A stretch of 64,000 nucleotides of DNA from the human T2T-CHM13v2.0 reference genome, Homo sapiens. The stretch lies in assembly GCF_009914755.1 (NCBI RefSeq), contig NC_060925.1; one strand, given 5' to 3'. Shown piece after piece: positions 13,048-26,125 of this stretch. The first letter of the stretch is position 1. Each line of letters begins with the position of its first letter. The notes beneath the pieces were generated by a model. It was not told the origin of the DNA. It ran no database searches and worked only from the letters and a program-made list of their open reading frames with translations. The position numbers were made by a program, and so were the translations under genes.

Positions 13048-13570
13048 GTGGTAGACAGAATTCTGTCCCCCTAAGGATGTCCCCACCTTCTGAACCTGTG
13101 AATATGGTACAGCACATGGCAAAAGGGACTTGGCAGGTATAATTAAGGATACGGGCTTTAAAACAGATTATCCCGGATGAGCTGGGTGGGCTCAAGTTCA
13201 TCTCACAGGACCTTAAAAGCAGAGAACTTTCTCTGGCTGGAGCAGGAGAAGGGAAGCAGAAGGGGAGGTTAGAAAGATTCAAAGAGTGTCAAGGACTCAA
13301 CCTGCTATTGCTGGCTGTAAGGATGGAGAAAGGGGGCTGTGATCTGGGGAATGCAAGAGGCCTCTAGAAGCTGAGAACAAGCCTGGCTACAACCAACCAG
13401 GAGGCAGACCTCAGTCCTACAGCCACCAGGAATTGAATTCCACCGACAACCCTTATGAGCAAGGAAACAGAACCTCCCTCAGAGCCTCCAGATAGGAGCC
13501 CAGGCTGGCCAATGACTTGATGTTGGCCTCCTAGGACCTGGAGCAGAGAAGCCAGTCATGGCCCCAAGCC
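13048..13570 (+). mobile_element. MLT1E/D-type MaLR LTR
   Basis: tgtggtagacagaattct...gaacctgtgaatatg...catggcaaaagggact...cctctagaagctgaga. Confidence 0.75.
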
Positions 13571-14519
13571 CCACCCTAGACACTTGCCCCTCCCTTTACC
13601 CTGCATGTCTCATCTCAGCTTGGCGTCAGCTTCTCAGAGGACCCAACTGACATAGAGCTTGCGCCGCCAGCCCCTGAGGATGAGACACACAAGCGGTCAG
13701 GATCCAGGTGGGCTCTGGGTCCCTGCAAGGTGCAAGGACAAGGCTGAAGCTGTCCTGGGCTGTCTGGCGCCGGCTGCTCCAAGAGCCCTGCTCTTATGAT
13801 GTCTGGCCCCCTCTGTGAGCATCCCTGCTGATCGGCTGGAGGTGCAGGATGGTCGGGGGCTGGCCCCTGCTGGAAAGGGTCCCATCTGCCTGGGGTGGCC
13901 TTGTCCCCATTGTCCCTCTTGTCCCTGTGGCACTTCTTCTCATGGTTCATTTCCATATTGGAGCCGTAAGACCACAAAGGACAGGGTGTGGACCTGGGGA
14001 TGAAGCCAAGGAAGTATGGTCTTCACTCAGGTCCCAGTGCAGGGAATGGTACACCAAGCCCAATTCAGCTCACCAACGGCAGCCTCAGGCCTCAACCACT
14101 GGCCAGTGCAGCCCATGCCATCCGGAGGCTGTTGGAGGGGGAGGCTGTGTCTGTAGCTCCATGGTGGCCATAAGGGGCATGTGACAGTGAGCAGTCTTTT
14201 CCTGCAGGTCCAGTGATCTGACCGCCCTGGCAGCACCTGAGGGTCACAGTTTCAGGATCTTGAGCAAACTTTTTGTCTGACAGACAGTATGCCACCCCTT
14301 CCAAAATTTCAGTCCTCCTAAGAGGCTTCTGTTTACACACCACAAGAAAGCAGCCGCTCCTCTTAGGCCTGACACTTCTCTTTTTCAAACATTAACCAAA
14401 AGCCTGGCAGGCTTTGTGTTTAGAACATAAGGGACACACCCTCCCCCAACCCCTCCCAGTCTCCCTGCCTCCTCCGAGCACCTGCACAGCCAGTCTGCTT
14501 CTCCCCTACCCTTCCCGCA

Positions 14520-15005
14520 TCCAATCCTGCACCTGCCATTCCACATCTAGGTTTTCTCTCCATCCACCCCTCCCTCTCCATCACAGCGGCCACCCTAGCC
14601 CAAAGCCGTCTGCTGCAGCCTCCTATAGGATTTCCCTCTTCCGCCTCCCCCTCTACCATCCATTCTCTGCAGAGCAGGCCATGCAGAATTCTCAAAGCAA
14701 TGAGTGTCAGGTCACAACTGGGCTTAAAGCCAACAATGACTTCCCTCTGTGGGTGGATTTAAACAGGAACTCCTCTCCTCTCAGTCCTCCTTTGCACCTC
14801 TGTTCCTCCTGCTCTTGTCCTCTCACTGCTTGGACCTCTGGCTGGTCCTTGGACAAGCCTGCTCTGTTCCCTTTATGGTCCCTGGAATGTATGTTCCATG
14901 GAGACGGGCTGTTGTCTGTTTCACCAACAGAGTTCCATCACCAAGACCCTGAAGCACAAAACCCATCCATAGTTGTTGAATGAAAGAATGAGTGAGTGAA
15001 GCGAG
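14520..15005 (+). mobile_element. L2 3' region
   Basis: Pyrimidine-rich L2-like sequence ending gttgttgaatgaaagaatgagtgagtgaa. Confidence 0.5.
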
Positions 15006-15125
15006 TAAGAAATAGTAACTGGGTTTAAAAGCTAGAGGAGAGATAGTAAAGTTACACAAATGCTAGATGAATATAAATGATCTCAGTGCAGTTCTGCACA
15101 GCTGGTGCCTATCAGGTGCAGTGCC

Positions 15126-15158
15126 TGCAATTCCACTAATGGCCACCGGGGGCGCAGC
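15126..15158 (+). promoter_or_regulatory. CTCF-like motif with upstream module; core one base short
   Basis: TGCAATTCC-N5-TGGCCACCGGGGGCGCAG (consensus TGGCCACCAGGGGGCGC with the central A missing). Confidence 0.45.
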
Positions 15159-15495
15159 GAGGCGGCAGAGCTGCCAGGCCCCCAGGCCGACCTTGCAGGA
15201 GGCTGGGCTCACAAAGCCAGATTTCAGCGTCTACTCCGGTCTCATGTGCTTTTTCTGTAACAGTGTAACTTTTGATTAAAATAACGATGTGCATTATTCA
15301 TGTCATTACTATAAATATTGTCTATTATAAAGAGATTAGTAAAACCACAGGTACAAGTTATATCTGTTTCCGAAATAGACTTAACTGTTTGTCAATGAGG
15401 AAGTAAGCTCTGAGCTTACATCCAAAGCCCAGAGCCTGGCCTGAGTCCCTTCCTGGAGTCAAAAACCTCCTGGACCATTCCTGCACCAAGCACGA

Positions 15496-15905
15496 TGTCT
15501 TAGTCCGTTTGTATTTCTATAAAGGAATACCTGAGGCTGAGTAATTTATTAAAAAAAAAAAAAGTTTATTTGACTTACGATTCTGCTGGTGGCAAGATTG
15601 GGCATCTGGTGAGAGCCTCAGGCTGCTTCCACTCATGGTGGAAGGTAAAATGGAGCCAGGTGTGCAGAGGCCACAAGGGGAGAGAAGACACAAGAGAGAC
15701 AGGGGAAGTTTGCCCGCTCTTTCTTACAACCGGCTCTCATGGGAACTAGTAGAGGGAGAACTCACTCATTACCTTGAGGACAACACCAAAACCTTCATGA
15801 GGGACCCGCTCCCATGACCCAAACACCTCCCACCGGGCCTCGCCTCCAACAGTGGAGATCAAATTTCAACAAGAGCTTTGGGGGACAAATACTCAGACCA
15901 CAGCA
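15496..15905 (-). mobile_element. MSTB-type solo LTR
   Basis: tgtcttagtccgtttg...ggaatacctgaggctg...ccaaacacctcccacc...ccacagca. Confidence 0.85.
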
Positions 15906-16539
15906 CAGGACTTCACTTGTTACATCAGCTCACCTGTGCTTTGCATGACCAATTTGCTTTCTCTGAAGAGGATGTCTCAACAGAGCCTCCTTGGCCCTCT
16001 AACTGGCTCAATGACAATTCTACTTGATCCCTTTGATGGCCCAAAGGGCACACCCTGAACCTTCGGGGGTGGCCACTGGCCCACCCGGCATCTCATGGCA
16101 GCTCACCCTCAAGAGCGGCTACACGCCCCAGCCTGTGTTCATGGAGCCCTAGATCCTTTGGCTCTCAGTCATCTATCTTTAGCCCAGTTGCTGGCCTCGG
16201 TCTGCTGGCTGTGCCCTGGAAGCTGGCCTCTGTTCCTTTGTGTCTTCACGTCCATAGATGCTCTTCCTGAACCAAGACCGTGCCCTTCCTACAAACTCTG
16301 AATTGACCTGTCTGCTCCCTGTTATCAGGAACTCTCTACCCTATCCCAGTCTGTAAACACCCATCTAATCTCTGGCAAATTCCTGGACCAAACAGAAGCC
16401 CACCCCCACCACCTGTGTGGGACTGGGTTATACTTTCAGTAAGACAGAGAACAGCTGAAAGGATGCATACTTACTCAAAAACAAAAGCCCATCTTTCCCC
16501 TCAAGCCACCTCCCTACTCTCACCTGAGTTGTTTCGTGG

Positions 16540-16715
16540 CTGGGCCATTTACTAGCTGTGTGGGCTTAGCAACCTCTCCAGGCCTCAGTCCCCCAACCTG
16601 TAAAGTGGAGGGTAATTAAACCTCCCACACCATAGGGTTGTTGCAGGGATTAAAGACGGTGATTGCAGGTGCCTTAGTACTTGACAAGTAATGAGAGGCT
16701 GGGAAATGCTCACTA
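16540..16715 (+). mobile_element. MIR
   Basis: ccatttactagctgtgtg...gcctcagtcccccaacctgtaaagtgg...catagggttgttgcagggattaaa. Confidence 0.7.
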
Positions 16716-16952
16716 TCTTGTCTGATCTTTGGTATAAAAGTTAGTTATTCTGCAAAAGTAAACTGGTCTTGTAAACTCTAGTGGATTAAATTTTGTTTGT
16801 TTACATATAACAGTGGTTGTTTTATAACAAAGCACTGCATTTGTTTCTTCAAAAGATCTAGATTTATGTTCTTTTTACAAACACAGTTTATAAAAAATTA
16901 TTTAATGTCTCCTCACTTAGTTGGATTAGACACGGCCTCGCCTCTCCCCCAC

Positions 16953-16953
<1 letters not shown>

Positions 16954-16996
<43 letters not shown>
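16954..16996. repeat. (AC)21 microsatellite
   Basis: Directly visible. Confidence 0.97.
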
Positions 16997-16998
<2 letters not shown>

Positions 16999-17049
16999 AA
17001 TGGATACAGAAGCCTGAGGCTGTGGTCCACAGTGGTTAAAAGCCAGGAG

Positions 17050-17205
17050 CCAGCGTCCTCCACCTGGCTCCCATTAGAATCACCCCAAGAGATGCTGCCA
17101 GGCCCCCTCTGTAAGCCACAGTCATCAGGGTCTCAGGGTGGGGGCTGGGTGTCATGGTTTTAAGCCTCTCCACGCATCTCCAATGCACTGCCAGGTGAAA
17201 AATGC
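17050..17205. mobile_element. MER5B-like fragment
   Basis: cctggctcccattagaatcacc...ggttttaagcctctcc...aatgcactgccaggtga. Confidence 0.45.
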
Positions 17206-17599
17206 CGCGTTAAGGTCATCGGAGTGGCAACTGAGATGAACCAATCAGGGACAAGGTTCTACGAGATTTTGCTAATGTACCAGGGCCCCTGCCCTGAAAT
17301 AGGTGATCACAGCCAAGCTGGTGACATGACAAGCCAGGTTCATGATGGACGGTCATTACGCAATTTTGGATCATCAAAGATTCCTTGTCACCCATAGCAT
17401 TGTAAAGGGCTCAGCACAGCGGGCAGGGGCGGGGGAGGCTGAGAAGGGGAGGGCTGTCTTCTCCTCCCTCAAGGAGGTTGCCCTTTGGTAATAATCAAAC
17501 GATGTTCCTAGGGGAGGAAAGTTCACCAGTAGCTTGGGCTAAAATTCTTCAGACTAAGGAATTGTGGTTAAAATATTTGGGTTGGGATACTGATTTCCT

Positions 17600-18115
17600 A
17601 GCTGTTTCAAGAGAACTTCACCACCTTTAGAGATACATGCTCCAATATTGTTGGATGAAATGACACAAAGCCTAGGATTCATTTCACAATGATCCCAGGG
17701 AGGAGCCAGAAGTAGGTGGGGGTTCAGGGAAAACAGGGCTGGCCATTCATACATTGATGATGTTTGTAGCTGGTGATGAGCACATCAGGGCTTATGTTTG
17801 AAATTGTCTACAATAAAACACTTTGTATCCTAATATATATAAGATACAAAGTCTCAGTTAGACTGGAGGACTAAGTTTTAGAGATCTATTGCACCGCATG
17901 GTGACTATGGTTAATAATAACATACTGCATATTTCAGAATTACTAAAAGAATAGATTAACATTCTCACCACAAAAAAATAAGTTGGTGAAAGGGATGACT
18001 ATGTTATTTAGCTTGATTGAATCTTTCTACAACATACACACAGATTAAAACATCATAGCGTACCCCATAATATACAAATTATTTGTAACAATAAATTTTA
18101 AAAGATTTTTTAAAG
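17600..18115 (+). mobile_element. two L1M 3'-end fragments (L1MC/ME-like 17600-17820; L1MA-like 17840-18115)
   Basis: tagagatacatgctccaatatt...; gatacaaagtctcagttagactggagg...catggtgactatggttaataataac...ttctcaccacaaaaaaat. Confidence 0.7.
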
Positions 18116-18647
18116 AGATATAAATATAGAAAAGTATAGAGAACCTATATGCCAAACACCAGTATCCACCACCCAGAATTAACTATTGTTCACTGTAGGT
18201 CATTATGTTTCTTTGGTTTGTAATAAAGAAACATAATATTTACCCACAAAAAAACGTTTTCAAGAAAAATGGGGCTAAGACCCCAGGACTGCACTCTTCT
18301 TCTGGGCATGGTCAGAATCCCTTTCTGCACATCCTCATCCTCACCTTTCATAAGGTGCCTCCTCACTCCCCAACCTCCCTTCCACTCGTGACTGCTTCCT
18401 CCACCTGCCAACCCCCAAGAATTATCAACTAAACAGATGTCACATAAGTGGATTGACAATTGCATTATTCCAGATTAGCGTATGACAGATGGGGGTTCCC
18501 AGCCACAGAGGCTCCTCTCCCAGGACCCCCTCCCTGTGGCTGTGAAAGTTTCCTCTGTGTATTCCTCAGCTTGGGCTGCATAGCAAAGTATCATAGACAG
18601 GGCAGGTTAAACAAAAGAGGTTTGTTTTCTTACAGTTCTGAACTCTG

Positions 18648-19107
18648 TGTGGAGTATGAATTAGGGAAAAGGCTCATGCAGGCAGAATCAAGGGAAAGCA
18701 AAAAGAGAAAGCAGATAAGCCATACATCTGCCTTTCCATGGTCCAGAACACGTAGCCCTTCTGCACAAATAACTCACAATCTTCCTGCGCCCAACTATCA
18801 CTAGACACACCTGCAAGCTGGCTCACTGCAAACTTGGTGTTATTAGTACCACGCAAAGCCCTCGTCAACAGACAGCGTGAACACTATCCTATACAATCTC
18901 CAGCAAGCCTTTGTTTCTTTGCAGTCAGCATCTGCTGACTTGCCCATTGTCTCTCTGGCAATGCATTTTCCTACTTTCTCTAATAAATCTACCTTCCTTG
19001 ACCTACAATTGTCTTGGTAAATTCTTTTACCGGCCCCTCCCCCCACAGCCCCCCCCCCCCCCCCCCCCGCCGCCCACAAACACACCAATCATCCTTCCCC
19101 CATGACA
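18648..19107 (+). mobile_element. ERV1-type solo LTR (MER83/84-like; subfamily uncertain)
   Basis: TG...CA ends, 5-bp TSD ctctg (18643-18647, 19108-19112), aataaa near 18982. Confidence 0.75.
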
Positions 19108-19144
19108 CTCTGGAAGTCCAAAATTAAAGTGTGGGCAGGGCTGG

Positions 19145-21480
19145 TGTATTAGTTCATTCTCATATTCCTATGAAGAAATACCCGAGACTGGGTAATTTAT
19201 AAAGAAAAAGAAGTTTAATGGACTCACAGTTCCACATGGCTGGAGAGGCCTCACAATCACGGCAGATGGCAAATTAGGAGCAAAGGCACATCTTACATGG
19301 TGGCAGGCAAGAAAGCATGTGCAGGGGAACTATCCTCTATAAAACCATCAGATCTTGTGAGACTTATTCACTATCACAAGAACAGCATGGGAAAGACCCA
19401 CCACCATGATTCAATTACCTCCCACCAAGTCTCTTCCACAACACATGGGGATTATGGAAGCCACAATTCAAGATGAGATTTGGGTGGGGACACAGTCAAA
19501 TCATATCATTCTACACCTGGCCCCACCCAAATCTCATGTCCTCACATTTCAAAACCAATCATGCCTTCCCAACAGTCCCCCAAAGTCTTAACTCATTTCA
19601 GCATTAACTCAAAAGTCCACAGTCTAAAGTCTCATCTGAGACAAGGCAAGTCCCTTCTGCCTATGAGCCTGTAAAATCAAAAGCAAGTTAGTTACTTCCT
19701 AGATACAATGAGGATACAGGCATTGGGTAAATACACTCATCATGAATGGGAGAAATTGGCCAAAACAAAGGGACTACAGGTCCTATGCAAGTCAGAAATC
19801 CAGTAGGTCAGTCATATCTTAAAGCTCCAAAATGATCTCCCTTGACTCCAGGTCTCGCATCTAGGTCATGCTGATACAAGAAGTGGGCTCCCATGGCCTT
19901 GGGCAGCTCCATCCCTGTGGCTGTGCAGGGTACAGCCCCCCTCCTGGCTGCTTTCACGGGCTGGCATTGAGTGTCTGCAGCTTTTCCAGATGCACGGTGC
20001 AAGCTGTCAGTGGATCTACCATTGTGGGGTCTGGAAGACAGTGGCCCTCTTCTCACAGCTCCACTAGGCAGTGCCCCAGTGGGAAATCTGTGTGGGGGTT
20101 CTGACCCTGCATTTTCCTTCTGCACTGCTCTAGCAGAGGTTCTCTATGAGGGTTCCACCCCTGCAGCACACCTCTGCCTGGACATCCAGGCATTTCTATA
20201 CTTCCTCTGAAATCTGGATAGAGGTTCTCAAAACTCAATTCTTGACTTCTGTGCACCTGTAGGCCCAACACCACGTATAAGTTGCCAAGGCTTGAGGCTT
20301 GCATGCCCTGAAGCAATAGCCTGAGCTGTATGTTGGCCCCTTTTAGCCACAACTGGGATGCAAAGCACCACGTTCCAAGACTACACAAAGCAGCAAGGCC
20401 CTGGGCCTGGCCCACGAAACCATTTTTTCCCCCAGGCTTCCCAGCTTGTGATGGGAGGGGCTGCCTTGAAGACCTCTAACATGCCCTGGAGGCATTTTCC
20501 CCAGTGTCTCTGCTGCGATTTACATTGGGTTCCGCGATTTACATCGGGTTCCTCGTTACTTTTGCAAGTTTCTGCAGCCGGCTTGAATTTCTCCTCAGAA
20601 AATGGGTTTTTCTTTTCTATCACATTGTCAGGCTGTGAATGTTCTGAACTTTTATGCTATGCCTCCCTTTTAAACATACGTTACAATTCCAAACCATATC
20701 TTTGTAAATGAATAAAAATGAATGCTCTTAAGAGCAGGGTCACATTTTGAATGGCTTGCAGCTTAGAAATTTCTTCCACCAGATACCCTAAATCATCTCT
20801 CTCAAGTTCAAAGCTCCAAAGGTCTCTAGGGCAGGGGCAAAATGCCACCAGTCTCTTTGCTAAAGCATAGCAAGAATCACCTTTGCTCCAGTTCCCAGAA
20901 AGTTCCTCATCTTCATCTGAGCCCACTTCAGCCTGGGCTTTTTGGTCAAAACCACTCAACAAGTCTCTAGGAATCTTCAAACTTTCCTACATCTTCCTGT
21001 CTTCTTCTGAGCCCTCCAAACTCTTCCAACCTCTGCCTGTTACCCAGTTCCAAAGTCACTTCCACATTTTCAGGTATCTTAATAGCAGTATCCCATTCTA
21101 CTGGTACCAATTTACTGTATTAGTCTGTTCTCACACTGCTAAAAAAGACATACCCGAGACTGGGTAATTTGTAAAGAAAAAGAGGTTTAATGGACTCACA
21201 GTTCCACATGACCAAGGAGGCCTCGCAATCACGGCAGAAGGTGAAGGAGGAGCAAAGGCATGTCTTACGTGGTAGCAGGCAAGAGAGTGTGTGCAGGGGA
21301 ACTGCTCTTTATAAAACCATCAGATCTCATGAGACTTATTCACTATCATGAGAACAGCATAGGAAAAACCCATCCCCATGATTCAATTACCTCCCACTGG
21401 GTCCCTCCCAAGATACATGGGGATTATGGGAGCTACAATTCAAGATGAGATTTGGGTGGGGACACAGCCAATCTATATCA
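19145..21480 (-). mobile_element. full-length THE1 (THE1C/D-like): LTR 19145-19508, internal 19509-21115, LTR 21116-21480
   Basis: Paired LTRs tgtattagt...tatca, THE1 internal sequence, perfect TSD gctgg (19140-19144, 21481-21485). Confidence 0.95.
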
Positions 21481-22175
21481 GCTGGATCCTCCTGAGGGCT
21501 CTCTCTTTGGCTTGTAGATACTGTCTCCTCCCTGCGTCCTCATATGGTCATCCCATTGTATGTGTCTGTGTCCAAATCTCCTCTTCTTATAAGGACACCC
21601 ACCCTATTGGATTAGGGTACCCCTTCAATGCCCTGTTTTAACTTTAATCACCTTTTCAAAGGCCCCATCTCCAAATATACCACACACTGTAGTACTGGAG
21701 GTTGGAACTTCAACAGATAAATTGGAGAGGAAATAATTCAGTCCCTGATGCTCTGCTATCCCCAGATGCCACACAGCACGCTTTTTATCCAGAATAATTG
21801 CCACACACATCCACCAGGTGAGTGACATTTCCTCTTTCAGTCACTTCTCAAGAGATCATTTTTTGCAAAGCCTTTTCTTTTTAGGAGATTTAAGGTAGAA
21901 AAAGAGAAAAACAAACCAACATAAGCCTCTGAGTTTGAATACAATAAATCTCATTAATTTGGGCTTACTGTAGGAAAACATTCTAGGATAGTAAAGGCTT
22001 TCAATTGATTACTTCAGAAGATTTCTTTTAACTGGTTGCTCTATCCTTGACGAGCTGAGGAAACCCATCTCAATAAACAGACAAGAATCACTTCCAATTA
22101 ATAGTATCGTTTGGGTGCAAAGAGTGTGCTAATGATCTTGACTAATTATTCCCCTGATCAGTTAACCATTAACCC

Positions 22176-22492
<317 letters not shown>

Positions 22493-23459
22493 AACTGTTT
22501 CTTTTCATATGCATTCCTTGTGGTGCTAAATTTAGTACACCTTGTGAACAAAGGTAAACCTCAAGTCTAACCTACAATCAAAAGGAAACCCTGATAGACA
22601 GAAACCCAGACACTGCAGTTTCCTTTTCTCTCTGGGACGCAGTCTTATCAGCTTCAAGGGAAACGGGAGAGCCAGGAAACACTGGCTCCAGGTAACACGT
22701 TATACGGAAGCCTAGATTAAAAAACAGATTGTGTAGTAATCAATTCATCACTTCCCTTTGAGGTAAAATAAAGGGAAGTACAATCAGGCAACAGTAACTC
22801 AGAAAATATTTTTGTCTTTAAAGTTAATGGGACCCACGGTTTTAAATGGAGCCATATTCAATTCTCCCAAGGTTTTCCTTGCTTTTAAATGAGGTTATCA
22901 ACTCCCCGTGCAGCAATTAAATGTGTCAGCAAAGCTCCTACTTAGTGCTACTGAAGCACTTAATTTTCATTAAAAAGATGACATTGAGAGCAATTATCAA
23001 GGACAATCCACATTCGTGGGTATCTATATTCATAAGGACAGATTGTAACACAGAGATGCATAAATTACCTAGATCTGCTTCTGTGCTTCCTCCTAAGCTA
23101 GGCTGCAAACTGGTCGGCTCTAATCGCTTGTTCCCAGTCTCTCCACGACGGCCAGCGTGCAGGACTGTTCTCCGTGCGTTCACACCACCCCCGTCCCTGG
23201 AGGCTGAGATGAGTCCCTGGGGTCTGATACTGATGATTTTCCATCATGCACTCATTTCCTCCATCATAACCCGTTTAACACATCCCTTAATTGAAAGAGG
23301 CAGCTTGATTCTGTGCTCTGTTCCCCTTCACCGTCTCCAGTCCCATGCCTGTGAGGGTTCAAGGCTACTGACAACAAAAGCTGTGGCTGTCTGGGGCCCC
23401 TAGAGCAAGTCAGGCACTCTACAGAGAGCACGGCCCAACCTCCTTGTTGTGGCACCCCT

Positions 23460-23610
23460 TCAGTGCAGGAGTTACCACCCTATGGACGATGGCTAAACGG
23501 AGGGTCAGAGGGGAACAAATATCATTTTCTCCAAGGTCACTTGCCTAGAAAGTGACTGAGTCAGGATTTGAACCCAAGTCCAGCCCTGCTCAAAGCTCCT
23601 TGCCATTTCT
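23460..23610 (-). mobile_element. MIR
   Basis: ccaaggtcac...aagtgactgagtcaggatttgaacccaagtc. Confidence 0.6.
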
Positions 23611-23635
23611 CTGCTGTGCCAGGAGAGCTTCCCAA

Positions 23636-24505
<870 letters not shown>

Positions 24506-24699
24506 GGGTATCCCGCAAAGATGAATGACGTTTGCACTCCATGCCAAGTCTACACAGCATCCTGAGCAGAGGAAGGTGTCACAGTGCCTGTTTCTCAGAG
24601 TTCTCTAGAGTGAGAGGTGGACCCCACAAAAGATGAGGGAAGCATGGCTTGGTACTGTCAAGACAGTCAACTTCTGATAAAAATGGAATATTCAATATG

Positions 24700-24960
24700 T
24701 CTCTGCCGTGGACACAAATGCATTGCCTGGAGCTATGGCAGCTATCTTGGGATCACAAGGCAACAAGCCTGAGGAGAACACTAAAATCAAGGAAACATCA
24801 TGCTAAGACAGGCTGAGTGGAGGCTAGACCAATCCTAGGGCTGTGCTGAAATAACTGAGCACCAGAACAGACTCCAGCCACCACCAACCTCCAGATCTCT
24901 TGTTACAGAAGAAAAATGAATGGCAGTTATTAAGCCACTGTGGCTTGTGCTCTCTGATAT
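24700..24960 (+). mobile_element. old ERVL-type LTR fragment (LTR16/LTR33-like) in the spacer
   Basis: gcctggagctatggcagctatcttgggatcacaagg...acctccagatctcttgttac...ttaagccactg. Confidence 0.45.
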
Positions 24961-25309
24961 CTGTCGCAGGAGTGTTCCTAGCTATTTCCATGTCACTGTT
25001 TGCCCTCAGCTTGTTCTCTCCTGGGTCTCAGAGGAAGAGGAACCCCTGGGAAATTGGTGGGCTGAGTGAGGGAGTGGACTCATGCCTTTTAGGACCATCT
25101 CAACACAGCAGCCAAGCCTGTGTCATCCAGAGAAAGACCTTCTACCCCACGCCCCACTCCACCCCCACACGGCCACCCAAATGCTCCCAGTGCCAGAGAC
25201 TGAGAAGCACAGAGGAAAACTGAAAGCTTTATCCATATTCAGCCTTGATTCCACAGCTCCGCAGTGTCAGGCTCCATGCCAAGTCATGGGATCCTCACAG
25301 CAACCATTG

Positions 25310-25923
25310 CACAGATGAGAAGACGGAGGGCAAAGGGTTGTCCAAGGATACAGAACGGTGGTGAAGGGCAGCTCGGGGCCGACCCCAGGAGTGTCTGACT
25401 CCAGGGTCACACTGTGCTGTCCTCCCTCCTCCAAAACCTATTTCCCCGAAACCCTAGAAGCCTCTGGGCATGTGGAATCCATTGCTCCTTCTCCCTCGAA
25501 GGCCCGCTCTCTGCACCCCAACAGGGTAGGGCAGGAAGCACCTGGAAGCTTCCAGTGGATGCCGTGTGACCTGAAGACCAACTGCAGAGATTCAGGAGCT
25601 GGCTGGAGGGAGGGGGCACCAGATAGGGCTGAGCTCATCAGACTGCAGGGTCCTTGCTCCCAGCGGGGCATTCATAGGTGCCCCATAAACGCACACAGGA
25701 TAGAATGAGAAACAGCTTATCACTGTCCATGTGACCTCCTAGGACAACTCACAGGGGGGCTCAAGTCATGGAAATTATATATACTCCATGGGAGACCCAG
25801 AAAAGGGTTATATAGCCATCAAAACTCTCCTATTTTCAAAGAGCATTTTAAGATACAGGAAAAATAATTTTTCAATAGTGTTAGATTAAAATAAAAATTG
25901 AGATCCAATCGTAAGTATACAAT
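25310..25923 (-). repeat. right arm of inverted duplication
   Basis: cacagatgagaagacggaggg...gatccaatcgtaagtatacaat is the reverse complement of the left arm minus the Alu. Confidence 0.97.
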
Positions 25924-26125
25924 ATTATTCCAATTTTGTGCTATTTAGACTTAATATATATAGAAAAGGATGCAAAAGATAAAAAAAGAAAATCTTAACT
26001 GCAGCCATCTTTTGAGATAGGATCAAGGACCAATTTTGATTGCATTTTTATATTCCTTTGTATTTCTCTGAATTTTCCAAACTCTCTATCATGAGCATGG
26101 AGTACTTTAAATTAGAAAAAAATAC
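25770..26125 (+). mobile_element. L1ME-like 3' UTR fragment
   Basis: aaattatatatactccatgg...tatagccatcaaaa...ttttccaaactctctatcatgagcatg...tttaaattagaaaaaa. Confidence 0.5.

Larger units (their letters stand above)
18556..21750 (-). mobile_element. MLT1B/C-type LTR in three pieces (18556-18647, 19108-19144, 21481-21750)
   Basis: gggctgcatagcaaagtatcatagac...cagttctg | gaagtccaaaattaaagtgtgggcagggctgg | tcctcctgagggctctctc...ctcttcttataaggacacc. Confidence 0.8.
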
